A stretch of 64,000 bases of DNA from an uncultured Acidobacteriota bacterium (GTDB lineage Bacteria; Acidobacteriota; Thermoanaerobaculia; Multivoradales; DATKCC01). Shown here one piece after another: positions 39,637-50,180 of this stretch; position 1 is the first letter of the stretch, and each line of letters starts with the position of its first letter. Both the position numbers and the translations under genes were made by a program. The notes beneath the pieces are model-generated. The model was given only the letters and a program-made list of their open reading frames with translations. It was not told where the DNA came from and searched no databases. Location: contig CAWJLS010000012.1 in the NCBI GenBank assembly GCA_963843755.1, positions 4,001 through 68,000 of the forward strand. Reading direction: 5' to 3'.

Positions 39637-41774
39637 GACCCGCCGAGCAGACGGCGCCGGCGCTCCCGCTGGCGGCCGGTTCGGCCTTGGCGACCGTCGC
39701 GGTCGCCCTCCTGGCGCTGCTCGGAGGGTTCGGCGCCCCCCGGCCCGCTGGCGCCCAGAGCGGCGCGCCGGACGGCGTCCAGGTGGAGGCGCGCCTCGGA
39801 CCGCGGGTGGTCAGCCCGGACGGTACGGTCACCTTCGAGATCGAGGTCGTCGGAGAGGGCCTCCAGCAGCCCCGGCTGCGGCCGCTCTTCAACCTCCAGA
39901 ACCTGGAGATGGTCGGCGGACCGAACCGCTCCCACAGCCTCCAGATGGGCACCGGCGGGATCACCTGGCGCTTCTCCTGGAGCTGGTACCTGCGCCCCCG
40001 CGCGGTGGGCGAGGCGGCGGTGACGTCGATCCGGGTCCAGGTGGGCGACGCGGAGGTCGAGCTCTCTTCGCGGAGGATCCAGGTAGCCCCGGGCGGTAGC
40101 GCCGGAGTCGGCGGCGGGCCGGGTGGCCCGTTCGGTGGCCGGGGCGGCCCGCCCGGGCGCGGACGGGGTCGACCGCGCGCCGGCGGGCCGGGCGGTTTCG
40201 GGAACCAGGGGTGGCCCGGTTCTCCGGACGGACGCGGCGCCGACCGCGACGGCGACGACGACGAGGACGACACGCCGCCCGTGCTGCTCCACGCCGAGGT
40301 CGATCCGCCCACGCCCTATGTCGGCCAGCGCACCCTCTACACGATCTACCTCTACACCCGGGTCCGGGTACGCGGCTACGAGGCGACCGCCGTGCCCTCG
40401 TTCGACGGCTGCTGGGCCCGGAGCGTCGACCTCTCGAAGGCCGCAGGGGAGCAGGTCGACCTGGACGGCACGCCCTACCTGCGGGTGCCGATCTTCCGCC
40501 GGGCGCTCTACCCGCTGCGGGCGGGCACCGTCGACCTGGGCTCCCTGCGCCTGCGCATGCTGATCGAGCGGCTGGAGCGGAGCGACCTGTTCTTCGGCCC
40601 GGTCCAGGTGCCCGACCAGGTGGTCGAGGAGAGCAACCGGGTGAAGCTGCCGGTGCGGGCACTCCCGCCGCCGACGGCTGCCGCAGCGGGAAGCTTCCAC
40701 GGCACCGTCGGCCCTCTGGAGGTGTCCGCCGTGCTCGACCGGACCGAGGTGGCGGTCGGCCACGGCGCGACCCTGACCGTCGAGGTGCGCGGCGAGGGGC
40801 ACCTGGGTGCCATGCGCCCGCCGGCGTTCGAGGTGCCTGCCGGGCTCGACCTGATCGGCCCGCAGGCCGCCCCGGTCGAGCCGGTCCAGCAGACCCGGGA
40901 GGTCCAGGACGCCGATCCCGCGGCGGCGGGCACCGGCGAGAACCGGCGGGCCTGGAGCTACGTGCTGGTGCCGCGGCGGGTCGGCACCTGGACGCTGCCG
41001 CCGGTCGAGATCACCTACTTCGACCCGGCCACGGCGCGCTACAGCGTGGCCTCGTCCTCGGTGCCGCCGCTGGTCGCCCACGAGCCCGGCCAGCGGCTCG
41101 CCGCCACCGCCGCCGCCGCCGGCGGGGCCGCCGACGACGACAGCCTGCACTCGATCCGGAGCGCCGCCCTGCCCGGGCCGACCCCGCGGCGGTGGTCGCG
41201 CCTCCTGCCCTGGGCTTTCGGCATCCCGTGGGTCCTGGCCCTCGCCCTGCTGGCCGCGCGGCGTCCCGGCGGTCCGACCCCGCTGAGCCGGCTGCCGGTC
41301 GTCCGCCGGCTCCGGCGCCTGCTCGGGCCGTCGAACGGCCACCGCCAGGCCCTGGCCCGCTTGCGCGACGCCATGGACCGGGCCGCCGCGGAGGACCGCC
41401 CCCGCCGGGCGGCCATCGGGCTCGAGCGCGCCTGGCGCGACTTCCTCGAAGAGATCGCCGGCGTGCCGGAGGGCGTCCCGGTGTCGGGCTGGTGCGACGC
41501 CCTGGCCGACCGCGGCGTGCCGCCGGAGACCTGCGACCGGGTCGCCGCCCTGCTCGACGACCTCCACTACCTGCGGTTCGCGCCCGAGCTCTCCGACATC
41601 CGCTCGATGACGCTCGACCTGGCAGGGCGCTCGGACGAGCTGGCCGGCGAGCTCCTCGACCTGGGCGGCCTGCTCCCCGCGGCCGATCCCACCGATCCCA
41701 CCGACCCCACCGGCCTCGGCGGCTCCGCCGGCACCTTCGGCGGCGACGGCCGGACGGCCTCCACGGAGGCGTGA
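39633..41774 (+). CDS. BatD-family protein
   Basis: Signal peptide, PYVGQ, V.VG...TLTV.V.GEG, P...G...LP.V...YFDP....Y, C-terminal RFAP. Confidence 0.82.
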   Translation: MRPAEQTAPALPLAAGSALATVAVALLALLGGFGAPRPAGAQSGAPDGVQVEARLGPRVVSPDGTVTFEIEVVGEGLQQPRLRPLFNLQNLEMVGGPNRSHSLQMGTGGITWRFSWSWYLRPRAVGEAAVTSIRVQVGDAEVELSSRRIQVAPGGSAGVGGGPGGPFGGRGGPPGRGRGRPRAGGPGGFGNQGWPGSPDGRGADRDGDDDEDDTPPVLLHAEVDPPTPYVGQRTLYTIYLYTRVRVRGYEATAVPSFDGCWARSVDLSKAAGEQVDLDGTPYLRVPIFRRALYPLRAGTVDLGSLRLRMLIERLERSDLFFGPVQVPDQVVEESNRVKLPVRALPPPTAAAAGSFHGTVGPLEVSAVLDRTEVAVGHGATLTVEVRGEGHLGAMRPPAFEVPAGLDLIGPQAAPVEPVQQTREVQDADPAAAGTGENRRAWSYVLVPRRVGTWTLPPVEITYFDPATARYSVASSSVPPLVAHEPGQRLAATAAAAGGAADDDSLHSIRSAALPGPTPRRWSRLLPWAFGIPWVLALALLAARRPGGPTPLSRLPVVRRLRRLLGPSNGHRQALARLRDAMDRAAAEDRPRRAAIGLERAWRDFLEEIAGVPEGVPVSGWCDALADRGVPPETCDRVAALLDDLHYLRFAPELSDIRSMTLDLAGRSDELAGELLDLGGLLPAADPTDPTDPTGLGGSAGTFGGDGRTASTEA

Positions 41775-42691
41775 CGGACTCCGCCGGCCCGCGGACTCGG
41801 CCGATTCTGCCGCCCGCCCGGCGGCGGACCTACGCGACGGCGACGCCGCGTCCCCTCGCCCGTGGCCTCAGCGCCCCCCTGGTCTGCGCGGTCGTGCTCG
41901 CCGGCCTGGCGTGCGTGGCCGCCCTGCCCGGCGCCGCTCTCGTTCTCGTCTCCGACGCGACCCCGCCCGCCGAGCCCTCGGCGGACGCCCTGCCGCACAG
42001 CGCGCTCCGGACCGGCAACCGCCTGTTCCGCCGCGGCGACCTCCGGGGAGCGGTCGAGGCCTACCGCGCGGCAGACCCGGAGGCGCTGGCCGGCGATCCC
42101 GTCTTGGCCTACAACCTGGCCACAGCCCTGCACCGGCTCGGACGGCTGCCGGAGGCCGTGCTCTGGTACCGGCGGGCGGCCCGGCTGCTGGGCTCCGATC
42201 CCTGGCTGTCCGAAAACCTCGAGCGCGCCCGCGCGGCGCTCGCCAGCCCGCGCCTCGGACCGCCGCCGCTGCTGGCGCCGCTGCTGCTCCATCCGTGGCT
42301 CCTGCCGGCCGGCGCGGCGCTCGCCGCCTGGGCCGCCCTGCTGGTCCAGGCGGCTTCCCTGCGCCGGCGCCGGGCCTTCCCGTCCCCGTCGCGCCCGTCG
42401 CGCGGCGGGCGCGCAGCCACCGCCGCCGCCGCCGGGCTGCTCCTCGCCGGCGCCCTGCTCTGGGTCACCCACCTGGCCCTGCCGCGCCTGGGGCCGCGTC
42501 CGGCGGTGCTGCTCGCGCCGTGCGGCGACGCCCTGCCGGCCGGCAGCGAGGTCTGGGCACGTCGCCGGGCCGAGCGAAGCTCCGCCGAAGGCTCCGGCGC
42601 CCGCCCGGAGGCCCCCACCGCGGCGAGCTGGAGCGTGCGCGGACCGAACGGCCCGCTGGTCTGTGACGGCGACGCCGTCGCCCCGCTCTGA
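41771..42691 (+). CDS. BatE-like TPR membrane protein
   Basis: GN.LF..GD...AVEAY, YNLA.A..RLG....AVLWYRRA. The GTG start overlaps the batD stop. Confidence 0.72.
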   Translation: MTDSAGPRTRPILPPARRRTYATATPRPLARGLSAPLVCAVVLAGLACVAALPGAALVLVSDATPPAEPSADALPHSALRTGNRLFRRGDLRGAVEAYRAADPEALAGDPVLAYNLATALHRLGRLPEAVLWYRRAARLLGSDPWLSENLERARAALASPRLGPPPLLAPLLLHPWLLPAGAALAAWAALLVQAASLRRRRAFPSPSRPSRGGRAATAAAAGLLLAGALLWVTHLALPRLGPRPAVLLAPCGDALPAGSEVWARRRAERSSAEGSGARPEAPTAASWSVRGPNGPLVCDGDAVAPL

Positions 42692-42760
42692 CCCCGTGGG
42701 CGCCGACGGCGCTAAACCCCTCCGATCTGGTATCTTCCGGAAGGTACTCATTTTCGGACC

Positions 42761-44080
42761 ATGCCACAGCCTCGACCATTCGCGGGAGGCCCTCTCCCCC
42801 GGTCCGCCAGGGCCGACGACGAGACGGCGCCGGACCTCCGGGACACCCCGGACGCGGCGGAGCGTCCCGCCGGGAGAGAAGCGCCGGAGCGGCCGAGGAC
42901 CGGCGGCTCATCGGACCGGTCCAGCCCGCGTGGCCGCGCCTCGCCGCGCTCCGGCGAGAACGTCGAGCTCAAGTGCCTGGAACCCGCCGCGCTCGATCGC
43001 TTTCTCCAGCGTCGTCGAGCCAACCCCTACTTCCCGCGCGAGCTCAACCTGACCGAGAACCTGGTCGAGGTGCTGCGCAAGGCCAACGAGTTCGTGCCCT
43101 CCTCGGCCGGCTCGATCCTGCTCGACGACCCGTCCCAGAAGCGCAAGGAGCGCCACGCCAACTCGCTGACCTTCATCGCCGCGTTCGGCGACAAGGCGGG
43201 CAACCTGATCGGCCGGGAGATCCGCGCCGACAGCGGCATCGCCGGCCACGTCTACACCTCCGGCCGGGTCTACTCGACCGCCGACGCCAGCAAGGACACC
43301 CACTTCTACGGCGAGATCGACAAGCAGACCGACTACACCACCCGCACCCTGGTGGCGATCCCGATCCGCATCGAGGAGGAGGTCTGCGGGGTCCTGGAGC
43401 TGATCAACCGCCAGGGGCAGGAAGACTACGACGCCGACGACCTCAACCTGCTCGAGATCTTCGCCGGCTACATCTCGATCTCGATCCAGAACGTGCTCGA
43501 TGGCCGCCAGGCCCAGGAGATCGCCAAGCGCGACAACCTGACCGGGCTGTTCAACGACCGCTACCTCCACATCGCGCTCATGCGGGCGGTCGGCGTGGCC
43601 AAGGAGTGCGGCACCGACCTGGCCGTGCTGTTCCTCGACCTCGACTTCTTCAAGCGGGTCAACGACACCCACGGCCACCTGGCCGGGAGCCAGGTGCTGC
43701 AGGAGGTCGGCGGCATCCTGCGCGACAGCGTGGAGGACCTGGGCGCCTTCCCGGCGCGCTACGGCGGCGACGAGTTCGTGGTCGTGGCCCCGGAGCTGAC
43801 CCTGGAGGGCGCGGTCGACCTGGCCGAGGAGATCCGCAACGCCATCGTCGAGAGCGTCTTCTGCGACGCGCCCGGCGAGATCCAGCGCGAGGCGCTCCAC
43901 CTCAAGGGACTGACCTGCTCGGTCGGGGTCGCCAGCCTCAGGCGGCACCTGGACGACGGCGTCAACGAAGACAGCGCAAAGAGCACCCTGCTGCGACTGG
44001 CGGACTCGGCGATGTACGTGGCCAAGGAGACCGGCCGCAACCGGACCGCGGTCGCCGGCGAGCCGGTCCGCCGACGCTAG
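42761..44080 (+). CDS. GAF-GGDEF diguanylate cyclase
   Basis: GAF domain (GIAG.V, GVLELIN) followed by DNLTGLFN, DLDFFK.VND.HGH..G, RYGGDEF, AD.AMY.AK. Confidence 0.92.
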   Translation: MPQPRPFAGGPLPRSARADDETAPDLRDTPDAAERPAGREAPERPRTGGSSDRSSPRGRASPRSGENVELKCLEPAALDRFLQRRRANPYFPRELNLTENLVEVLRKANEFVPSSAGSILLDDPSQKRKERHANSLTFIAAFGDKAGNLIGREIRADSGIAGHVYTSGRVYSTADASKDTHFYGEIDKQTDYTTRTLVAIPIRIEEEVCGVLELINRQGQEDYDADDLNLLEIFAGYISISIQNVLDGRQAQEIAKRDNLTGLFNDRYLHIALMRAVGVAKECGTDLAVLFLDLDFFKRVNDTHGHLAGSQVLQEVGGILRDSVEDLGAFPARYGGDEFVVVAPELTLEGAVDLAEEIRNAIVESVFCDAPGEIQREALHLKGLTCSVGVASLRRHLDDGVNEDSAKSTLLRLADSAMYVAKETGRNRTAVAGEPVRRR

Positions 44081-44247
44081 GGGGAAGGAGACACCCGCTC
44101 ACGCTGTTGGACTGCGTGTGTCGCCGGGCGACGCCCCGACTCGAGCCCCTTGGTTCCTTCGTGCGCCGGTGATATGCTCATGTACCATTCATGCGACGCT
44201 GCCCGCCCCTCGGGGAGCCCCTACCGTCACCGAACCACGAGGTCGAG

Positions 44248-47200
44248 ATGTCCTTGAGACGCCGGATCGCCGCACCCCTCTTCCAGACCACCCTGCTCTG
44301 CCTGATCGTCGTCGCCACGCTGGCGGCGCCGCCGGCCGCCGACGCCACGTCCTACATCATGATGAAGGACACCGACCTCCTGGCCGAGGCCGGTGCGGTC
44401 GTCGATGCGCGCATCGTCTCTGTCGAGCCGTCGCCCTCCTCCGGGCGGCCGTCGACCGACTACACGATCGAGATCGAGCGCCTGCTGGCCGGCTCCGCTC
44501 CCGGGACGACCCTGATCGTCCGGGTGATCGGCGGCGAGCAGCCGGGCGGCCTCGGCCTCTACATCTACGGCGCGCCTCATTTCCGGCCGGGTGACCGGGC
44601 GATCCTCTTCCTGGTGCCCCAGCAGGACGGCACCTTCGGCATCCTCGACCTGATGCTCGGCGCGTTCCGGCGCATCCAGCTCCCCAGCGCCCCGCCGCTG
44701 GCGGTGCGCAACCTGTCGGAGGCCACCGAGGTCCAGGCCCCCGGGGCCACCACGGACGAGAAGCTGTCGCTGCCGCGCGACTACGACGCGTTCGCGGCCT
44801 GGATCGCCGACCAGGCCAACGGCACCGACCGCAAGGCCGACTACTTCGTCTCCGATCCGGGGATCTCCCGCCTGCTCGACAAGTACACCCTGCTCGACTA
44901 CAACGGCACCAACCTCCGCTGGTTCGACTTCGACTCCGGAGGCGCCGTCAACTGGTACCTGCACACGGGGGGAATCGACGGCCTGGCCGACGGCGGCGTC
45001 CAGAACTTCAAGAACGCGCTCGCCGCGTGGGGGAAGGACTCCCAGACACCGATCCGCCTGGTCTACTCCGGACGGCGGAGCGAGAACGGCGGCCTGTCCA
45101 ACTACGACGGGTACAACGTCCTGCTCCAGGGCGATCCCCACCAGGAGATCCCGGGCGTCTTCCAGTGCGGAAGGGCCGGCACCCTGGCGATCGGTGGACC
45201 GTGGTACCAGCCCGCCGCCCCGGGCACCTTCCACGGCCGCCAGTTCGTCCCGATCATCGGTGCCGACATCGTGATGAACGACGGCATCGAGTGCATGAAG
45301 ACCTTCTCCCGCTGTTACGGCACCGACCTCGAGGAGATCTACACCCACGAGCTCGGCCACACCCTCGGCCTCGACCACTCGTGCGGCGACGCCGGGAGCC
45401 CGAGCTGCGGCAGCAACTCCACCCTCTCCCAGGCGATCATGCGCGCCTTCGTGCACAGCGACTGCCGGGGCGCCTCGATCCAGGCCGACGACCTGGCCGG
45501 AGCCCGCTACCTCTACCAGATCCAGAGCGCGCCGGCCCCCGGGCCGAAGGCCCCGACCGGCCTGAGCGCCGACCTCGACCTCGACGTCGTCACCCTGTCG
45601 TGGGACGACACCTCGACCGACGAGAGCGGCTTCCGGATCTACCGGTCGGCCGGCGGCGGCGCCTTCGAGATGATCGGCGAGGCGAGCCCGGACATCGAGG
45701 AGTTCCTCGACGAGACGATCTCCCCGGCGACCAGCTACCGCTACCGGGTGTCGGCGTTCAACGGCAACGGTGAGCGCCAGAGCGCGACCATCGAGGTCGT
45801 GGTACCGCCGATCGTCCCACTGAGCGTGGCCCTGGTCGAGACGCCGGGGCTCCAGGCGACGGTGGGCGAGCCGATCGACTTCAAGGCGCAGTTCAGCGGC
45901 ACGGCCGAGAAGGCCGAGTGGAGCTTCGGCGACGGCGCCGTCGGCTACAACGACACGCCGTGCGAAACCAGCTCGTTCTGCCGCAGCCAGATCTTCGCCA
46001 CCGCGGGCGCGCACCAGGTCATGGTCACCCTCGACGGACCGTTCGGCCAGACGGTGAGCGACCAGATGACCGTCCAGGTGAACGACGCCCCGTTCGAGCC
46101 GGCGGTCGCCGACACCTACCTCCAGTGGACGCTGTTCGGCGCCCGTGGCAACACCGGCACCTTCGAGAGCAACGTCTGGCTGTACAACGCCGGCGGCTCG
46201 GCGGCGCTGGTGGAGCTGACGTTCTATCCGCGCGGTGCGCGGCCGCCGTCCGAGCCGGTCACCCTGACCATCGATCCCCAGGAGTCGATCTTCCTGCCCA
46301 ACGTCCTGGACAAGGTGTTCGACATCTCGTCGGACCAGGGGTCGATCGGCCTGCGCACCATGATGCCGGACGGCTCCCAGCCTCACGTGCTCACGATCAG
46401 CCGGGCGTTCGTCGACCTGCCCAACCCGGCCGAGGGCTCGTTCGGACAGTTCGTCGGCGGCCAGCCGGAGGAGGACTGGACCGCGGGCGAGAAGGTGGTG
46501 ACCGGCGTGCTCAACGGCGACTCCTTCATCGCCACCCTGCTGGCGGCCAACGTGGACGACCACTCCGGCTCGGTGGAGATGACGCTGACCGACCGTGAGG
46601 GCGCCCTCGTCGGCGAGCCCGCCACCTTCGGCCTCGGACCGAACGCGGTGCGCTTCCAGCCGCTCGCGGCGCTCTTCCCCGAGGTGGCCGACCACCAGGG
46701 TCCGTTCACCGCCCGCTTCACCTCGAACGGCATCCGGTTCGTCGCCTCCTCGACCCTGCTCGAGGTCGGCAGCGAGGACCAGATCTTCCTGCCCGCCGAG
46801 GCGCCGGCCGACGCGCCGGAGTTCGTGCTGCCGCGGGTGGTCCGCAGCCCGGGCCAGTTCGGCGTCTTCCTGACCACGTCGGTCTCGGTGCTCAACAACG
46901 CCTCTGTGCCGACACAACTGACGTTCAAGTTCCTCCAGCGGGGCCAGGACAACTCCAGCCCGCTCGAGGCCACCCGCACGGTTCCCGCCGGCGGGGTGCT
47001 CTTCCTCGAGGACGCGATCTCCGACCTGTTCGACCTGGAGACCGGCACCGGCGCCTTGACGGTCGAGTGGAGCAACACCCAGGACGTCGCCCCGCGGATC
47101 GTCGGGACGACGCTGTCGGAGAATCCACGGGGCGACCGCTTCGGCATGCTGGTCGACAGCCGGACGCCGGACACCGCCGTCACCCACACGGGGGTCGACT

Positions 47201-47505
47201 TCGGCATCGAGCAGTCGTCGGTCTTCCGCAGCCAGTACGGCGCGGTCAGCCTGTTCGGCGGGACGACCAAGATCGCCCTGACGCTCCGCGACGGCAACGG
47301 CAAGGCGCTCGGCACCGCCGACCGGGTGCTCAAGCCGTTCCAGCACCTGGAGCTCAACCTGGCGACCCTGTTCGACGGCGCCACCGAGGGCCGCAACTGG
47401 TCGGTGACGACCGAGGTGGTCGAAGGCGGTCCGGTGATGACCTACCTGGCCAACATCAACACCAGCGGCGACGTCTTCCTGGTCCCCGGGCACGCCGTTC
47501 CCTGA
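44248..47505 (+). CDS. Secreted metzincin (matrixin-like) metalloprotease with FN3, PKD and repeated C-terminal beta domains
   Basis: Signal peptide; HELGHTLGLDH zinc motif plus Met-turn AIM; FN3 (APTGL..LSWDD...ESGFRIYRS); PKD (WSFGDG). Confidence 0.88.
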   Translation: MSLRRRIAAPLFQTTLLCLIVVATLAAPPAADATSYIMMKDTDLLAEAGAVVDARIVSVEPSPSSGRPSTDYTIEIERLLAGSAPGTTLIVRVIGGEQPGGLGLYIYGAPHFRPGDRAILFLVPQQDGTFGILDLMLGAFRRIQLPSAPPLAVRNLSEATEVQAPGATTDEKLSLPRDYDAFAAWIADQANGTDRKADYFVSDPGISRLLDKYTLLDYNGTNLRWFDFDSGGAVNWYLHTGGIDGLADGGVQNFKNALAAWGKDSQTPIRLVYSGRRSENGGLSNYDGYNVLLQGDPHQEIPGVFQCGRAGTLAIGGPWYQPAAPGTFHGRQFVPIIGADIVMNDGIECMKTFSRCYGTDLEEIYTHELGHTLGLDHSCGDAGSPSCGSNSTLSQAIMRAFVHSDCRGASIQADDLAGARYLYQIQSAPAPGPKAPTGLSADLDLDVVTLSWDDTSTDESGFRIYRSAGGGAFEMIGEASPDIEEFLDETISPATSYRYRVSAFNGNGERQSATIEVVVPPIVPLSVALVETPGLQATVGEPIDFKAQFSGTAEKAEWSFGDGAVGYNDTPCETSSFCRSQIFATAGAHQVMVTLDGPFGQTVSDQMTVQVNDAPFEPAVADTYLQWTLFGARGNTGTFESNVWLYNAGGSAALVELTFYPRGARPPSEPVTLTIDPQESIFLPNVLDKVFDISSDQGSIGLRTMMPDGSQPHVLTISRAFVDLPNPAEGSFGQFVGGQPEEDWTAGEKVVTGVLNGDSFIATLLAANVDDHSGSVEMTLTDREGALVGEPATFGLGPNAVRFQPLAALFPEVADHQGPFTARFTSNGIRFVASSTLLEVGSEDQIFLPAEAPADAPEFVLPRVVRSPGQFGVFLTTSVSVLNNASVPTQLTFKFLQRGQDNSSPLEATRTVPAGGVLFLEDAISDLFDLETGTGALTVEWSNTQDVAPRIVGTTLSENPRGDRFGMLVDSRTPDTAVTHTGVDFGIEQSSVFRSQYGAVSLFGGTTKIALTLRDGNGKALGTADRVLKPFQHLELNLATLFDGATEGRNWSVTTEVVEGGPVMTYLANINTSGDVFLVPGHAVP

Positions 47506-47626
47506 CCGGCCGTCCCCGCCCTCGATCTCCCCGGGCGCGGCGCACGTCCCCCGTGCGCCGCGCCCCTTCGACCGCCCCCGCTCCGCCCCGTCGTCCTCTC
47601 TCCCCCCGGACCGAACGCCCGTTCGT

Positions 47627-47817
47627 TGTGGAAATCACGCCCTCCGACCGCCCTGTCACGGCGTTGTCACGTGAAGATCTTTCAAAGCATTGATTCCATA
47701 GAACTTACATTCTATGCACAAGTTTTTGTTCAAAGTGCTCTAGCCCCCGGGAACTCCGTCGTTTCCGACCACTTTCACCAGGTTTTCCACAGAGTTTTCC
47801 GCAGCACCTGTGGAGCG
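47627..47817. promoter_or_regulatory. DnaA-box cluster with an IHF site and AT-rich tract (oriC- or datA-like)
   Basis: DnaA-box-like sites: TGTGGAAAT 47627-47635, CTATGCACA 47712-47720, TTTTCCACA 47783-47791 (perfect TTWTNCACA), TTTTCCGCA 47795-47803. IHF consensus AATCAATGCTTTG on the minus strand at 47683-47695. Confidence 0.55.
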
Positions 47818-50180
47818 AACGGTCCGGTGCACGTGGGCGGGAAAAGTCGCGGATCGGTGCCCGGGACGACCGTCGCCGGAGGGATGGCGGAAAGGGCCTC
47901 CGCGGCCTCGCGATCGACCGGGATCGGCAGCAGCTCGACCCGCCGCGGCAGCCGCCGAAACAGGTGGAGGGACAGCGACGCCGCCGGGCGGGCGTCGACC
48001 ACCAGGGCGACGCTCGCATCGGCCCGGCCGGGGAGAGCGCCGGCGCGCCGGCTGGCCGCCCGGATCTGCGCCACCGCCTGCTGACGCCACCCCGGATCGA
48101 TGCCGTCCGCCGCCGCCAGGGCGGCGAGGGAGCGGTCGAGCAGGCCGGGGCGCCCCTGCCAGAGCCTGGCGGCGCCCAGCCGGGGTTCGGCGGCCAGGGC
48201 CCGGGCGCCTAACGCCTCCGGCCGGTAGAGCGGCGAGCGGACCGCCAGCAGGTTGAACGGCGCCGCCGCGCCCAGAGGATCGAGGCCGCAGGCGGTCTCG
48301 AAGCCGAACGCCGCGACCGCCGAGTCTCCCGCGGCGGCGGCCGCGGCCCCGGCGCGCAGCCACAACGCCGCCACCCCCCGCGCGGCCTCCGCGGCCTGCT
48401 GCGCCTCGTCGGCGGAGGCCGCGGCGATCTGCGGCCTGGCCGGCGCGCCGCCGCCTTGGACCGGCGCCGCCAGCCACTCGGACCGTACCGCCTGGAAGCG
48501 GTAGAGCGGGAAGGAGGGATCGAGCTCCGCGGCCCGGCGGAGCTGGGCCGGATGCTCCGCCCGCTCGTACGCCCAGTGGGCCCGGTCGAGGGGCACCAGG
48601 ACGACGCCGGCCACGACCAGGTAGACGGCGCCCGCGGCGACGCCGAAAGCGCGGGCGCGCCCGCCTCCCCCGCCGGAGCCTCTGCCGGAGCCCTCGCCTG
48701 GGTCGCGGCCAGGCCCGGACCCGCCGGTCCCCGCCCGCCGGCAGCCGGCCAGGGTGGCGCCGGCGGCGACGGCGAGCGCCATCGGCAACGCCGTGATCCG
48801 CCAGTCGGCGGTGGCGACCCCCATCACCAGGGCGCCGGCCAGGCCGGTCAGACCGGCCACGCCCAACGACAGATCGGCCAGATCGGCCGGATCGACCGGA
48901 TCGGCGGCCGGTCCCGCGCCTACTCCTCCGCCCGGCGAAAGGGCACGGACCCGTCGCAGGGCGAAGACCAGCACCAGGGCGAGGGCCAGAGCGAGGCCGG
49001 GCAGCCCGAGCTCGTAGGCCAGGGCGAGCGGCACCAGGTGGAGCTCGCCGACCATCTCGCCGGGCGGGTTGATCCCAGGCACCGGCCGCAGGAAGGCGGC
49101 CAGGGTCCAGGCGGTCGAGCCCGGCCCGTAGCCGGTCACCGGACGCTCCAGGATGCCCTCCCAGCCGGCGCGCCAGTAGACCCGGCGGGCGTGGAGCGAC
49201 GGATCGCCCCAGCTCGCCACGAGCACCGCCGCCAGGACGACGACCATTGCCGCGCCGACCCCGAGGCGCGCCCGCAGCCCGCCCCTCGTCAGGCGCCCGA
49301 CGAACCGTCCGACCGCCGGCGGCCGAAGAGCCACGGTCCCCCCGGCGGGGCCGGCGACCCGGCGCAGCAGCACGAGCGCCACCAGCGCCTCGGCGACCAG
49401 CGCCAGCCCGCCGCCCAGCGACCGGGTGGCCAGGACCGCGATCACCCCGGCGACCCCGGCGGCCGCCGCCAGGGCCCGCCCCACCGCCTGGCCAGATCCC
49501 GGAGCCGGCCCCGGGGCCGAACCCGGAGCTGGACCCGGCGCCGGCTCGGGGCGGTCCCCGGCCGGCAGGAGCGGCACGAGCGCCAGCGGCAGCAGAGTGA
49601 CCACCCAGGTCGCCAGCAGGAGGTGATGCCCCAGGGGCTCCGCCGGCCGTGCCGCCGGTCCGAGCAGCCACGAGGCGAGCGCCCAGGCGCTGACCACCGC
49701 GACCGCCGCGCTCAGCGCCCCGGTGGCGACCGCCCGCCGCCGGATCGTCCCGACCGGTCCTGCGCCCACCGCCTGCCAGCTCCGGGCGAACAGCGCCGGC
49801 GCGACCAGCAGAGCGGGCAGCAGAACCAGGCCGACCCGGCCGGCCCGGGGCACGGGGGAGCTCCACCAGGCGAGTGCCACCGCCGTCAGCAGGGCCGGCA
49901 CCAGGAGCCGCCCGCCGGCCCCCAGCTCCAGGGGATCGAGGCGTCCGCCGGCCCCGCCGCCCTCGGGTTCCCGACCGATGAGCACCGCCAGCCCCACTGC
50001 CCCGAGCAGCACCAGGACCGCGTGGGCCGTCGCCGCCCCCGCCGCCGAGGCGCCGAGGTAGAACGTGCCGCACCAGCCCGCGAACAGCAGGGCGCACGCG
50101 GCGGGGAGGAGCCCCGGGAGGATCGCGGTGCGTAGCGCGCCGTGACGGGAACCGATCGGGAGGCGTGGAGTGGCCGGCAT
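47775..50180 (-). CDS. O-antigen ligase (Wzy_C)-family membrane protein with a C-terminal extension
   Basis: Many TM segments; TRS.GG, R..YW..G...I.ERP.TGYGPG, H..PL...YELG..G. Confidence 0.8.
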   Translation of the reverse strand: MPATPRLPIGSRHGALRTAILPGLLPAACALLFAGWCGTFYLGASAAGAATAHAVLVLLGAVGLAVLIGREPEGGGAGGRLDPLELGAGGRLLVPALLTAVALAWWSSPVPRAGRVGLVLLPALLVAPALFARSWQAVGAGPVGTIRRRAVATGALSAAVAVVSAWALASWLLGPAARPAEPLGHHLLLATWVVTLLPLALVPLLPAGDRPEPAPGPAPGSAPGPAPGSGQAVGRALAAAAGVAGVIAVLATRSLGGGLALVAEALVALVLLRRVAGPAGGTVALRPPAVGRFVGRLTRGGLRARLGVGAAMVVVLAAVLVASWGDPSLHARRVYWRAGWEGILERPVTGYGPGSTAWTLAAFLRPVPGINPPGEMVGELHLVPLALAYELGLPGLALALALVLVFALRRVRALSPGGGVGAGPAADPVDPADLADLSLGVAGLTGLAGALVMGVATADWRITALPMALAVAAGATLAGCRRAGTGGSGPGRDPGEGSGRGSGGGGGRARAFGVAAGAVYLVVAGVVLVPLDRAHWAYERAEHPAQLRRAAELDPSFPLYRFQAVRSEWLAAPVQGGGAPARPQIAAASADEAQQAAEAARGVAALWLRAGAAAAAAGDSAVAAFGFETACGLDPLGAAAPFNLLAVRSPLYRPEALGARALAAEPRLGAARLWQGRPGLLDRSLAALAAADGIDPGWRQQAVAQIRAASRRAGALPGRADASVALVVDARPAASLSLHLFRRLPRRVELLPIPVDREAAEALSAIPPATVVPGTDPRLFPPTCTGPFAPQVLRKTLWKTW

